Of a stretch of 36,750 nt of DNA, positions 1-13,454 are shown in pieces (the first letter of the stretch is position 1; each line of letters starts with the position of its first letter). The notes beneath the pieces were generated by a model. The model did no database searches. It was not told the DNA's origin and worked only from the letters and a program-made list of their open reading frames with translations. Source of the stretch: Jimgerdemannia flammicorona (Eukaryota); NCBI GenBank assembly GCA_003990765.1, contig RBNJ01000202.1, positions 1-36,750 of the forward strand. Reading direction: 5' to 3'. Position numbers and translations under genes: made by a program.

Positions 1-3000
1 TGTCTAACACAATATCCACCCTCCCACCACTCTGCTCACAGATCCTTACTACCAAACCATGCCTTCGCCCTCCCTGAGGACCCCAACCCACCCACCATCC
101 AGTCAGCAGATCCCCCAACAGCTCCTCCCACCTTGACACCTTCTCCTGTAGCCCCAAACACTACATCTCCTCAAATACAAAAAGCCAATATCCTGCCAGT
201 CTCACCCACACTGCTAACACCCACTCTATAGTGAGCCAACTATCACCCACCCCACCCACAAGCCGAGATCTCAAGTCCTCCCATTGGCCCCCCTCCCCCA
301 TCAGCCTACTCTCCACACCCAGTCTATTTCCTATTTCTACCCAAAATTCTCCCAGAACCTCACACTCTCCCAACCAATGTTCTGGTGTCTGCACATAACC
401 CCCAGCTTGCCCAACATCATAACACTCCTCACAATCGAAATGGCCACCATCTACCAGATGCCCAGTGCAGAAATTCAACATGACATTCCTCTGCAGCATT
501 CTCCACCATACTACCCAGAACTTGGGAGGAAGCCACTGCTGCACCTCAGCACTCCAGGACCAGATACCTGCTCAGTCCCACTCTCCACCGATCCCTGCCA
601 CCTGCCAGCCACTTGGCCAAAGATCCTGGCCAAGATCCTACTGACACTCCACTCTATCCCCAATATCAAACATTGTAAGTGGAGCACCCCCCAGGAGTAG
701 TCTATCCCATTGCCACATACTAGGCCTCCACATCACCTCCCCCTCATTACCTTGCCAGCATAGGCCAATTCGGTGTGCTCCATCTACCACTCCCCACCAA
801 AAGCCCTTAAACTGCACCTGCTGAGTTCCATTCAACTCTACCAAAGAGAGCAGATCTCCAGAAAACCCTCAAGTGGAGGTTCTCATCTCCCACACTCTCT
901 GCAGCAGAGGCACCCAATCCCCTTCCTGCAATTCAACAGCTCTCTTCAACCACCAGGCTCACAAGTAGTGCAATCTCTTAGGGAAATCTACAAGGCCAAG
1001 TCCTCTCCTGATCACCAGTGTTGCAAGAGTATCCCAACTGATCTGGGACCTCCTCCCTGCCCAAATCCAATCTCTAGCCATCTTTGTCAGCCTCTTCACC
1101 ACCTAAGCTGGGAATTCTAGATGATAGGCCACATACCACAGCTTGGGGAACCAGTATACATTCAGAATCGATACCTGCTCTGCCAGAGAAATATGGTGGC
1201 CTCCTCAATCTTGAAGGACCTCCCTCCAAATGGTCACCCTGCTCTCCCATCACACTCATGGTAAGACAGAACTATATACAGAAAGATAGATCCCCAGATA
1301 CCACACCACCTCACTAGTAGGGACAATTGTTCCAATGATGTCCCCACCCACTAGTCCATTCTCAAGCACTATTGTCTCACACTTATGCCAGTTGAGCTTT
1401 GCCCCAGAGTGAGCCTCATACTATTCTACCATCTCTCTAAGTGTCTCAACATCTGCCACTGACCCAAGTTCAACCACCATGTCATCAGCAAAGGCCCCCA
1501 CCTTTTACATTATATCATATATAGAGAGCCCTGCCACCTTCTGGTGAATCCTATCCATCAATGGCTCCAACAAAAGGGTATAGAGGATAGGGAACAGAGG
1601 GTCCCCCTGAGGTACTCCTCTCCCCAAGGAAAATGCCAGACCACAGTGACCATTATACATCAGCACCGCCTGACTGCTCTCTAGCAGGTTCAATATAGAA
1701 GTCTGAAATCTTGGAGGAACACCAATTCAGTCCAAAACCTTGCCCAGCCAAACTTGCCATACATGGTCATAAGCCTTCTCCTGGTCCAAAAAGACCAACC
1801 TTCTATCCTGTCCATAAGCCTGGGCCCCTTCAATGACCCCATGCATCCATGCAGTCCCATCCCTTATAAATCTGCCCCCAACAAAGCCCTGCTGCTCCTC
1901 CCCCAGCACCTGTTGGGCAACTTTCTGCAGCCTTGCAACAATCACCTTAGTCACCATCTTCCTGTCCATATCCAGAAGCATAATTGGTCCCCAGTTCTTC
2001 TAGTCTTCCCTCCTCTCCTTGTCCTTGTACAATAAGGCCACTAGCCCAAGGTCCTGCTCTCCCACCCACTTGCTACTCTGAAGAATGTGGTCACAGAGAG
2101 CAGCCATCTCACCCAAAACTCCAGAGACCTTCACTAGCTTCTTCCAGAAGTCCCATGGTAATCCATCCTCCCCTGGCACTGTTCCAAGTTTAGTTGCTGC
2201 CAGGACACTCTGAATCTCCTCTCCCTGCACTGATAAGATCAAGTCACCCAGTCCATCTATTTGTGGTGGCCCCCACTCCTCTAGTGTGTCTGCAATCGCT
2301 GCCTCATCAGCACCCCCTTCTCCCTCACTCCACAAACCCTGCCATCTCGCCTTCAGAACCCCTAGGATTTGTTGTGTTCCATGCACTATGTCCCCATCAG
2401 CATCTAGGATCCCATCCTACTGATGTTGCACTCTCCTAGCTTTGAGGAGTCTTGATAAGTACCTAGTAGGCTGCTCATCCTCCTCAAGTCTCTGCCACTA
2501 TAGCCTAGCAGCCATACCTCGCATATGGGTCTCCTCCTCCTCTCTCAACACCTGTTGCAGTTCCACTATCTCCAATTTTGCCTGCTCTACCCTCCAATCC
2601 TCCACCCCATCCAAAGAAAGCAAATCTGCCCAATCCATTTGCAATCTCCACAGCCTGCTGGAAGCACACCTTGTGCACTTCCTCTTCTGTCTCCCCACTT
2701 CTCTACCAGCTTCTCCCCAATAGACCCTCGCAGCCTCTTTCAATCTTATCCAATGGACCCCCACAGACAAACCCTCATACCTCCAGGTACAGACTTTCGC
2801 CTGAATGTCCTCTACCCATATGTCCCACAACCCCTTCTCAGCCAGCAGGGAGGAGTTAAGGCACCAATGTCTGGGTCCATCTCCACTCCCCCCAAACTGC
2901 CCCTGCCCCAACAGTCCCCAGTGATCAGACCAAGGGCACCACTCCACCTCCAGCACTTTCCAGACATCAGAACCCCAGTACTCTGCCATCAGAATCCAGT

Positions 3001-3601
3001 CAATTCTTGTACCCAAGCCATTCATCCAATGTGTGTAAACCCTGGTGTTGCCCCACTGTGTTCTGCCCATATCCCCTAAGGAGCTCAACCTCTCCACCTC
3101 CTCCCATACATCCAAACCTCCACTTCTCCCCCCTGCACTCCTCCCTCCATCAGTCCTGTCTAGATGCTGATCCTGAACCATATTAAAGTCCCCACCAAGA
3201 ACATCAACCCCTTCCTCCAAGAGAATACCCTCCTCCAGCAGCTCCTGAATTCACACAGTCCTCTCACCCCTAACTGCAGGACAGTAGCAAGAACCAACTG
3301 TCACCAACTCCCACCCTGGTCGATGCCAATCTCCCCAGACCAGGCAATCACCCCAGCTCCTGATTCCCCCCAACTCTCCTCTACCCTTCTTTACCAGAAT
3401 CGCCACTTTTCCAAACCAAGCAGCAGCCCCACCCCATTCCCTAGTCCACTCCACCTGATCATCCTTATCCTCACACCACACATTCTGTAGTAAAAAGAGA
3501 TCAGCCTCCAATCCCTTGAGCCAAGTAAAAATGTTCCTATGCCACCCAGATCCCCTTAACCCATTCACATTCAAAGAGAAAATGTTGGTTGTACTGTTCA
3601 T
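1..3601 (-). pseudogene. LINE-A ORF2 (APE endonuclease + reverse transcriptase + Cys/His finger), disrupted
   Basis: MNSTTNIFSLNVNGLR...DLFLLQ, LGGDFN, TRIDWIL, WSDH (APE). PGEDG, QQGFVGGRFIRD, FLDQEKAYD, GVPQGDPLFP, FADD at 1481-1492 (RT). CEEC...TPEHWLGEC. Many stops and frameshifts. Confidence 0.93.
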
Positions 3602-3632
3602 AAGAGATAATGCTAAAGAAAGATCCCAACCT

Positions 3633-5655
3633 CTACAAGTCTGCATTCAGCTCCTCCTGCATTAAGTCCAAGTTGTGTTCAGCAACTAATTCCTTTTCTC
3701 CAACTTCCCATGCCTCCAACCCTCCCAACAGTTCCACCATTACCTCATCTTCTTTCTCCTAAAAGTCCTCATGGTACTCCAGACAGATCTCCTGCCAGAG
3801 CTGCAAACCATGATGCTCCACCCAACAGTATGCAGCCTGCTCATCAGTGACAACCATCAGCTCCACCTTCCTCACCTCATCAACCTCATATCCCTCCTCC
3901 TCCAGGAAGATCACAAGGATCTCCACCTTCAGTGCCTCCACCATTCCATTACTGCACAGAATTCAAGCCCAATGCTCCTCTGGCATCACCCGCAGGTCAA
4001 CTTCTCCCAAAGCCTCAGCCACCAGGTTATCCATGATCTTGCTCATCCACAGCAGGTTCCCCACCTCCTTCCCTCCCGGGGTCCCTGGCTGCCCAGCATC
4101 TAGCATTGTGGTGTCTGCTCCTACACTGGCAGCCTCTTCCCACTCCTCCTCTGGGATATCTACCAGCTCATCCTCACCAACTGCCACCACCTGGCCCCCT
4201 TTCACCACATTGGGTACCCCAAATTGAACTTGCTGGGCCCCCTTCATCAGCACATCCTCTGCTACCCCTCTCTTCCCAACCAGGCCCCTCCTGATAAGTG
4301 GGGGGGGGGGTGTCATCCAACTCCTGTTCTCAGATCTTAAATGTACCATCGGCATAGAGATCCTTTTCCAATACCTTCCCAGCCCCTCCTTTGTTCGCCA
4401 CCACCTCCTTTCCTTCCTTACTAGCCCAGACACTGGCCTCAATGCCTCCAGACTCTACAGCCCCATCAGACTTCTTCTCTGCCCCTCCTTTCATACTCGC
4501 CAAAAGCTCCCTCTGTCGCTTTTGCCCCTGGGCCCACTCCCACTGCCTCTTGTTAGTGTGGATATGCTTTCCCTCCACAATCTCCAAGTGCATTAACTCT
4601 ACATACTCCTTCCAAGCCTTTGCTCTCTGCTCGACAGCCCCACTCATCTCCTTCAGTACCTCCAGTAGATCCTCCTCCTCCTCCTCACTCCCCTTCACCC
4701 TCGACACTTGACAGCTGAAAGCCCCCCACATCATCACCACCAGCCAGTCACTCAACTTCCCTGTAGCCTCCTTCCCTACCAGTCGAATCCTGACATCAAC
4801 ATCCCCAGTCCTTATATTGGTCCCCTCCCAAATCTGGAAACCAATATCCACCACATTGCCATACTCTGCCATCACCTCCTCAACTCTCCTCCTCATCTTG
4901 ACTGCCATCACCATGAGCACTCCCTTCACCAACAGCTGTACCACCCTGGGGTCCCACCACAGGCAATGCACCATAGGGACCACCACCTCCCCAACTACCA
5001 CTCCAGCCCTCAGAGCCTCATCCAGCATGCCCACCTCCTCAAAACCCACCTCCACCCCCTCCAGTCCCTTCAGAAACTTCACTGAGGCAGCTCCAGCCAC
5101 CTGCTTCGAAATCAGCCCCAATACCATCCTCACCATCACCACCAAGCCATAGAAGCACAAGGTGGTGGCAAACTCTGAGATCGATTTCTTGAGTAATGGG
5201 GCCACCACCAGCCCTGTCACACCATCGGCCAGGTCCCTTTCCTCTTTGGGCACATCTGCCTAGCCCCCACATCAACAGTCACATCTGGATTTTTTCTAGA
5301 TTCCCCATCATGCCACCATCAGCAGTCCTGCCACTACCCCCAGCAGCTACTCCACTTCCCCTACCTCCTCCCAGCAAAGGCCTAGCTCCCCCAGCATTTC
5401 CATCCTTCTGCTTCCCCTTCCCTCCTTTCTGTTCACTATGAGCACCCATTGGCCAACCCCCAGTCCACAGCATGTCCGCAAAGCTCCTCTCTGGCAGCCC
5501 ACCAGCCCCCCCACCAGTGCCACCTCCACTACCCAAGCTGCCCAGTCCACTCAAGCCACCAAAAGACCCCATCCCCAGCCCATACCCTCTCCCAACATAC
5601 TGCCAGTCAAAGGCCCCAGATCTACCTGACCTAGTGCTTACTTGCTGGTTGACAT
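3633..5655 (-). pseudogene. LINE-A ORF1 (Gly-rich N-terminus, RRM-like middle, coiled coil), disrupted
   Basis: Chained ORFs 5279-5572, 4330-5253, 3963-4442 and 3759-3944. YGNVVDIGFQIWEGTNIRTGDVDVRIRL resembles the Tx1/ZCCHC3-type ORF1 RRM. Start codon approximate. Confidence 0.8.
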
Positions 5656-5736
5656 CTTCTTAATATTTTTCTCCAATAAACGATTTGAAAGTATGTTGTA
5701 AAGTATGTGTAATGTGAATTGTAGTGGAGAGAGATT

Positions 5737-5901
5737 TACCTCTGCTCACTTCACTCACTCTAGTGCTGAGGCTTTACTCTACTTGTGAGGCTCTAGGCCT
5801 GATATCTGTATACCTATACTCTGTGATATGTGTCTACCTCTGCTCACTTCACTCACTCCAGTGCTGAGGCTCTACTCTACTTATGAGGCTCTAGGCCTGA
5901 T
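5737..5901. repeat. Two 67 bp direct repeats, 98 bp period
   Basis: tacctctgctcacttcactcactc...ctctaggcctgat at 5737-5803 and 5835-5901, with few mismatches. Confidence 0.9.
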
Positions 5902-6519
5902 GCCTGTGCCTTTGGATAATGATAATTTTTAGGTTTTTAAAATCTATAAGTGATAATCACATGATTACACATGACCATCATTGGTCTGGTTCTGTTTTTG
6001 GCATTAGTTATATATGTGAAATGCTTTTTGATCAACTGACCAGTACCTTTTCCCAATCATTTCTATAATAGATTTTTAATAGTCTATCATGTGTGTAAAT
6101 TGATGATGACCAATTCAGACATTTGTTTAGATTGGGAAATCGTCTGAAAACTTATATATAATTCCAATTCTGGAATTCTGGAGTTAGATCTGTGGTTTTT
6201 ATAACCAATCCTTATTTTTAAATTTGAATAAAGACCATCACATATTGTGGTGCTATGAGTAGGTTACAGATCAATTATACCTTGCTTCAGAAAACACTTT
6301 ATTCTACTTTCTTGCTCTATTATAAAAATTCACATAAGCTTTTTATTTCATTCTGCTTAACTCTTACTGCTGACCTTTATATCTACCATATCAGTATCAT
6401 ACCTCAATATAACATATTTCTCTATTATCTACATGTTATATAATAAAATAAAATAAAATAAAATAAAATAAAATAAAAATTAAATAAAATAAAATTAAAA
6501 AACAAAAAAAAATAGGGTA

Positions 6520-7800
6520 AGGATATAAGACAGAGTGAGGAAGAGAGTGAATCAGAGCAAGAGTAACAAAAACAAGACCATCAGAACTGAGTATATGTCT
6601 CCCCCATTCTTAAAAAAAAAAAAAAAAAAAACATAATAAATATATACAATATATCTCTAGTAAGGAGTATAAATTGCCTTTTTAAGTAATAAGATATATT
6701 GGAGTGATCGGAATAATGAGAGAGTATATCAAAACAGATATCAGAATGGGCAGAGCACTAGAGTAACTAGTAAGAAAGAGTGAAAAGGAGTAAGATAGAG
6801 TGAGTGATATAAGTCTGAGTAAGAGTAATATGAGTTAGAGTAATAAAATCAAGACCACTAGAACTGGGCACATGTCTTCTCTCCTAAATATATATATATA
6901 TATATAGAATATATATAATATATCTTAAGTAAGGAGTATGGATAGTCTTTTTAAGTAGTGAGATATATTAGAAGAGTTAGAATAGTAACATAATATACTG
7001 AAAAAGGTATCAAAATTATTAGAGCACCAGTGTATATAGTGTGAGGTAGAGTGAGGGAGGAGGTGAGTCAGAGTGAGAGCAATATGAGTAAGTGATAAAA
7101 ATAAGGCCATCAGAACTAGATATATATCTCTTCTCTCTCTCTAAATAAAAAAAACACAGAGAATATATTTAATTACACCTTGAGTAAGAAGTGTGAACAG
7201 CCTTTTTAAGTAGTGAGATGATTAGAAGATAAGTGTTTTTCAATCTATAAAAATCAGAGTCTTTTTTTCAAGCAGTAAGAAATAGAGAGCAATAAGTGAA
7301 GAGTGAAGAGGTGAGATTAAGTGAGGAGATAAAGCAGAGAGAGCAAAGGTCCCTCTCTGAAAAAAAAAAAAAAGGTAGACAAATCTATACTATGAGAAGA
7401 TGGGTCTTTTTTCAAGCTGTAAGATCAGAGTCTTTTTTTGAGTAGTGAGAAATAAAGAGTAGTAAGAGAGAAGTGAAAGGGCGAGATAGAGTGAGGGAAT
7501 AAAGTGTGAGAGCAAAGGCCTCTCTCCCAAAAAAAAGACAGGCAAATTTATACAATGAGTAGTTGAGTCTTTTTTGAGCTATGAGAATTAGAAATAGAGA
7601 GTAGTAAGGGGGGATGAGAGAAAAAAAAAACCATAGTATTATATAGAAGATATAATTGACAGATATATATACTAGATAAATATGATTACCAGATATTTAA
7701 TCACTAGATGTATGATCACCAAATGTATAATTATCAGATATATGTAATTTTCAGATACACATAATTACTAGATATGTGTAATTGTGAGATAAGTCATAAC
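6520..7800. repeat. Degenerate repeat arrays (~250-280 bp x3, ~140-170 bp x3, ~20 bp units)
   Basis: ccaYYagaact...tctc-A tract near 6579, 6856 and 7108. gagtctttttt...gaaataRagag near 7257, 7427 and 7566. (t)aattaccagata-like units at 7655-7800. Confidence 0.7.
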
Positions 7801-7943
7801 TGCTATATACTGGATGAATTTTACTCTCTTAGATAAACTATCTGAATTAGATAAACTTAAGATGTATTTATTAAAAATTAATTCAGTATTAACTTATTGA
7901 GTAAATTCAACTTCTTCAAACAATCTTCTACTAAGTATTATAT

Positions 7944-9392
7944 TGTAATGTGCCTGGCTCAATTGAGGCAAATTACAAGGTTGGGGGGTTGATGTAGTTT
8001 GGCTTGAACCCATAGTTACTTTGTCAAAAAGCAACAAAATGTTCTATGATTCCTGATGTCCTTGGTGTTTAGTGGTATAATAAGTCAAAGCTGGATATCT
8101 GCAAGTAATTTTCTTATTGAGATGGTTCTCTGGGTATAGTGGCAATTTGTGTGTGAACAGACTTCCTTCTTGGGTCAACTGGGAATTGGTAGAAATTCAT
8201 TTGTAGTGCAATGATCTTCCTTATGCATAATGGTCTGGCAATTTAATAGTTTCCTTCTTGAGCAATGTGATTTCTGTGTGATAATCTTTTGTATAGTGTG
8301 ATGATCTTCATATAGTGTAGGTTCTTTATGCAGAGTGATCTGGTAATTTGGTGGATAACTCAATTTGGTGCAGATTCTCCAAAAGTGATAGGCTTCTTGA
8401 ATGTTGCAGATTCTTCTTACTGGGAATTATACTGGTGGCAGATAACTCACTAACTCAGGCTTTCTGGGAACAATGAATAACTCAGATGGTACAGATAATT
8501 TGGATAACTTGGAGGTCGCACATTCTTTCTGAATTGGTGGCTTTAACTGGGAATATGGATAACTTAAAAACAGCAGATGATGTGGATTCTCCTGAATTAG
8601 CAGGCTTCTGGAAAATAACTTAGATGGTATGGATTCTTCCTGAATCGGTACCTTCAACTGGGAATACTACTTAGATGGCATGGATTCTTCCAGAATTAGT
8701 GAGCTCTTCTGGGAATACAATGGTGTAGATTCTTTCTGAATTGGCGGCTTTAACTGAGAAACATGCTGACAGCTTCTTGGAAAGGGTCTCTTGGCAAAGT
8801 TGCATCAAAGACTGGCTTCATTTGTATGAATGGATCACTGCAAAGTTGTGTCAGAAACTGGCTTGAGCAAGGCAGCTTTCTATTAGGTGGTGGAAACTTG
8901 GGTTCTTCAGGCTTAGTCTGGCAAGCATACCAATAATTCCAAAGGTGGTGAAGTTCTTCCTTGAACTTGGCAGCAAAATCTTCAAGCTTTGTATTGGAAA
9001 GTAGACTGGAGTGGAAAAGGGGACCAATGCTCACAATCTCCTAACAGTGGCTGTAGAGTTTCTCTCAAAGTGTGGTAGACAGACTTGACTTTTGTTTTTG
9101 GATTCAATTTCAGACTGAGGTTTATTCACTCTTGTCTCTGGGGTAATTTATACAAGTTGGTTGCCTTCTGGTTACTACATTGCTAATTATAGATTACTAT
9201 CTATGGCAAGTGTGCAGGTTTTGCATAGATGTATAGGTCTTACACAGGTGTGTAGGTCTTATACAGGTATATCTCATCTGGTAGTCTGGCTATTTATATA
9301 GCTTTCTACAGCAATGGTATCTAGTTACTATGCTATGTGTTCATATCATCTGGCTAAGTTATAATTCAGGTGATATGTTCTGATTTGTCACA
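7944..9392 (-). repeat. 3' LTR (1449 bp)
   Basis: TGTAAT...GTCACA termini; roughly 90% similar by eye to 21838-23322; internal cagattcttcctgaat repeats. Confidence 0.95.
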
Positions 9393-9410
9393 TCAGCCCC
9401 CACTAAAGGA
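9393..9410 (-). promoter_or_regulatory. Polypurine tract
   Basis: Minus strand TCCTTTAGTGGGGGCTGA abuts the TG of the 3' LTR. Confidence 0.75.
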
Positions 9411-9953
9411 TGCTCTGTCCTCAGACTGTCCTTTAGTCATCATCTCAGTATAGGTAAGCATCTTCTACATCAATATCTGTTCCATCATCTTCATCATCTG
9501 TACCATGGTTGCTCCATTTCAAGGGTTCTTCTTCTTCTTCTGGAAATAGAATTTCAACAGCATTGATGATGCTCAGATAGGTGGCTAAGTTCATTCTATA
9601 TACATCCCATTAGGAGAATTGTGCTTGCAATAAGACTGTAGGGTTACATTTGTAAAGGGTACATATAGAGCCTGTCTACAGCAGTGACATATCTTCTTAA
9701 TAGTCCTATAGTGCTTCGGATGTATGTTTGTTCTGGGACTGGGAGGTTCTTTTTTTTATTTTATTTTATTTTTTTTTTTTTATAGTCACTTGGACTCCTT
9801 TATTACGAACTATCTAATATAGTAACAATGAACCACAAACCACTACTAACATCACATAATACACATAAGTATAGTCCTTCAGCCAACTCCTTCCTTTCAT
9901 CTTACCCTATGATTATCTAATATCAGGTACTCTTGACTCCACTGTACAATATC

Positions 9954-12900
9954 CTACATCTTCTTTAAGGCCCCTGGTTGAAGTTGCTTCCCCTGATACC
10001 ACCTCCCCTGAACCACCTCCTGGAGAAGCCACCTCCACTGCTCCACCATCTCTCCAATCCCCATCCATGGGTCCTGTTCAAAAATCCACCACCAATTCAC
10101 TGCCATCAAGACCCAGACCCCCAAAACTCGACCTAGGCCCCCCCATATATCACCAATTTCCCCTACCAGCTGGCACTTGATCACCAGACTGGCCAGATCC
10201 TCTGCCCTTCACCTCTCTGAGCCACAGTAACCTTCCAAACTCCACCAAAACCCTTCCACACCTGGGCAGGCCCCCAGAACATGTTCCGGTGTCTGAACAA
10301 CTCCTCCATCCACCTCATTACACCACTCACAGTCCCAACAGCCATCTATCTCCATCCAGCCTGTCCAATAGCTCAGCATCACATTATGTCTCAAGAATCG
10401 CCACCAAACCACCCAGTACTTGGGTGGTACCATCTTGCATACTGAGGCTCCCCAATTCTAAATTCAAACCCACTCCCAGTCTTCACCAATACCAGTCCTC
10501 TGCCAACCAGGTGGCCATCTCTCCAGAGGGCTGGACCTGATCTACTCCATTGCCTTGATCAGAGAGTACTCCTTCAGACTGTGGCCACCAACATAAAGGT
10601 CTCCCAGTTGCCACCATCTCTGCTCAGGGTTCTCACCCACCTCTATCTCTGGGCCTGCCAGCCTCATGGCCAGCCAGGCCTCTACAATACTCTACCAGAA
10701 CCCCTTAAACCGCAGTCTACCTACACTTTCAACCTAAAGCAAGCCCCCTATATCCTTCCAAACCTCACCATGAGAGCTGAACCAGACCTCCCAATTGTCC
10801 ATGGTCAGCCTGCCCCAACCTTCCTCACCTAGTTCTATCATTCAGCACCCCCACCAACTCCGAAGTACCTTCAGCTGGTGCCTGAAATCCACCAGCCCCA
10901 GGTCTCCATCAGAAGTCCTCATCACCACAGTCTCCCATCCAATCTGCAGATACCTCTCATACCATAACCACCCTTCCACAATCTTCTTCAGCTGCTGCAC
11001 CACCCACCCTGGAAAATCCAGATAATAACCCAGATACCATAGTTTGGGCAGCCAATACACATTCAAGACCACTATCCTGCCAACCAAGGAGAAGCTCCTC
11101 TCTGACCAATCTGTCAGTGCACCTTCCAGCTTCTGAATCAATCCACACCACCACTCCCTTGGCAGAACTGTCCCATACACTGAGAACCAGATATCCAGAT
11201 ACCAAACAGCACTCCCTGTGGCTACCAGTTCCCTGTCCCCCCAGGCCAGCACCAATCCAACCCCTTCTTGTAGGGCTTCTACATCCTCCCGACTACCCAA
11301 CCCTCCCACTATGTCATTCGCAAAGGCACCCAACTACCAGACCACATCTTCCATCTGCAGTCTAGAGAGCCACCTCTTCAGCCATACCAGCAAAGGCCCT
11401 AGAGAAAGTACATAAAGAAGGGGGGAGAGAGGATCCCTCTATGGTACCCCTCACCCCAAGGCAAACTCTGGTCCACACCATCTATTCATTATTACTGCTG
11501 CTCTGCATCCCTGTACCAAGCCCATCAGTTGCCCTGCCTCTACTATACCAAACTCTGCCCTCCTAAGAACAGCCTCCAGGTAACTCTACTGTACTCTGTC
11601 ATAGGCCTTCTCTTGATCCAGAAAGACCATCTGGTCATCTACCTGCCAGCTCCTACAGCTCTCTAAGACATTCTGTACCCAGACAGTACTATCTCTGATC
11701 CGTCTCCCCTTGATAAAGCCTCACTGCTCTTCCCTAACTAGTGCACCAATATACTGCTGCATCCTCCCTGCTAGAATCTTTGACACCAACTTTCTATCCA
11801 CATTCAGCAGCATGATAGGTCACCAATTACACCACACTCATTGATCTCCCTTTTCCTTATATAGAAGAGAAACTAGCCCCAAGAGACCATTGCCAATCCA
11901 GCTACCCTCCTTCAGAACAGCATTGGTCATCTCCACCAACCAGTCACCAAACTTGGTCTTGAACTCCTTCCAGAATTCCCAGAGCAACCCATCCTCCCCA
12001 GGAGATGAATCAGTCTGTATCTTCCTCAGTACTTCCAATACTTCATCTAGAGATACCTTCCCCATGACTGCCTCTCCTATCTTGGGTATCACTTTTACTG
12101 GCCACTTGGTCACCATATTGTTGTTATCCTCCCCAAGCCTGGAACCCTCAGCATGCTCCCCACTATTCTGCCAAAGAGCTTGCCATTGGCTGGATATCTC
12201 CCCTAACATGTCAGCAATCCCAGAGACCTCTACTCCATCTTCATGCAATACTGAGGCCCAACTATATTGTACTCTTCTGGCCTTCAAGACACCAGATAGA
12301 TATCTCGTCGGCCTCTCTCCTTCTTCCAACTGTCTAGCTTGCAGCCTGGCCAGCAGGCCATCTACCACCCTGGTCTCAGACACTCTTAAATCCGCCTGCA
12401 GCTCTGCCACCTCTAACACCAACCAGTGGCACACCTCTTCAGACAAGTTCCCCCTTTCCAAAAGCTTCAATCGCCATTTCAGCCCCTTCTCTACTCTCCT
12501 TTCCTTGTCCTTCTGTTCCTTTCCAGCCACTTCTCCAACATCACACCAGTAAGCTCCAGCCAAATGTTTGAATTTACCCCACCATTCTGCTATCAACTGC
12601 CCTTCATTCCACTATCACATAACTTTCTATCTCATAACCATCACAAAATTGTCCCTCTCCTTCTTCCTCTTGAGTAAGGCCACATTGAGGCACAAGCACC
12701 CTCCACTACTGCCTGCTGCTTGGAATCTACCACAAACCTCCACTCCCCAGTGATCAGACCAGGGGCACCAGTGCACCTCAGCAGTGTCCAGTACATTGCC
12801 CCAGCACTTCACCACTAGCACCCAATCTATTTATATCTCAACCAATGCTGATCCAACTGGATACCACCTGGTGAAAGGTCCCAACTTATCCTCCTATCAT

Positions 12901-13442
12901 TGATGAATGCCATCCACCAAACCTATGTCATGCTCCACCTGAAGCCATTGAGTAAGTCCAGAGGATACTGTGACTCCTGCTCCACCATCAGACCTATCAA
13001 GTGTTCAATCATGCACCATATTGAAGTCCCCCTCCAGAATGTCCAAAGCAACTACCTCCCAACCATCTCATACCTGTCATCTCTCAACCCATTGCTTTTG
13101 CTCTCTGCCAACCACAGGGAGGTAAACTGAGCCAACTATCAAACCATCACCTGCCCCTCCTTTTAGTCTTCCCCAAATCAGTCTGTCACCATAGATCTTT
13201 ACCTCCACCAGCTTGCCTTTGCCTATATCAACCAAGATGCCCACCTGCTTATTCCAACCTGCTCCACCATACCATTCTTTACTCTACATCTCATAGTCTG
13301 ACTCACCATAAGCCTGAACATTCTGAAGAAACATAATATCATATCTCCTGACTTTAAGCCATCTGAAAAGCCTCCATCTTTTAACACCATCCCGCAGTCT
13401 ATTGACATTGATCAATAAAATACATAGATTGTTCATCATCAT
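9954..13442 (-). pseudogene. LINE-B ORF2 (APE + RT + Cys/His finger), disrupted
   Basis: INVNxLRD, GDFN, WSDH, SPGEDG, FLDQEKAYD, FAND (decayed FADD) at 11313-11324, SLVGRIVVLN, CEWC...TPEHVLGAC. Confidence 0.92.
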
Positions 13443-13454
13443 TAAGGAAATTGT

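Larger units (their letters stand above)
1..5735 (-). mobile_element. LINE-A: degenerate L1/Tx1-clade non-LTR retrotransposon; 3' end lies outside the window
   Basis: ORF1 + ORF2 (APE endonuclease, RT, C-terminal CxxC...HxxxxC) in order on the minus strand. The 5' UTR (5666-5733) aligns by eye with the 5' end of LINE-C (33352-33420), which fixes the 5' boundary. Confidence 0.93.

Noticed and set aside
7655..8750. Short interspersed repeats as a CRISPR-like array
   Set aside because: They are irregular, degenerate units in a eukaryotic context with no cas genes.
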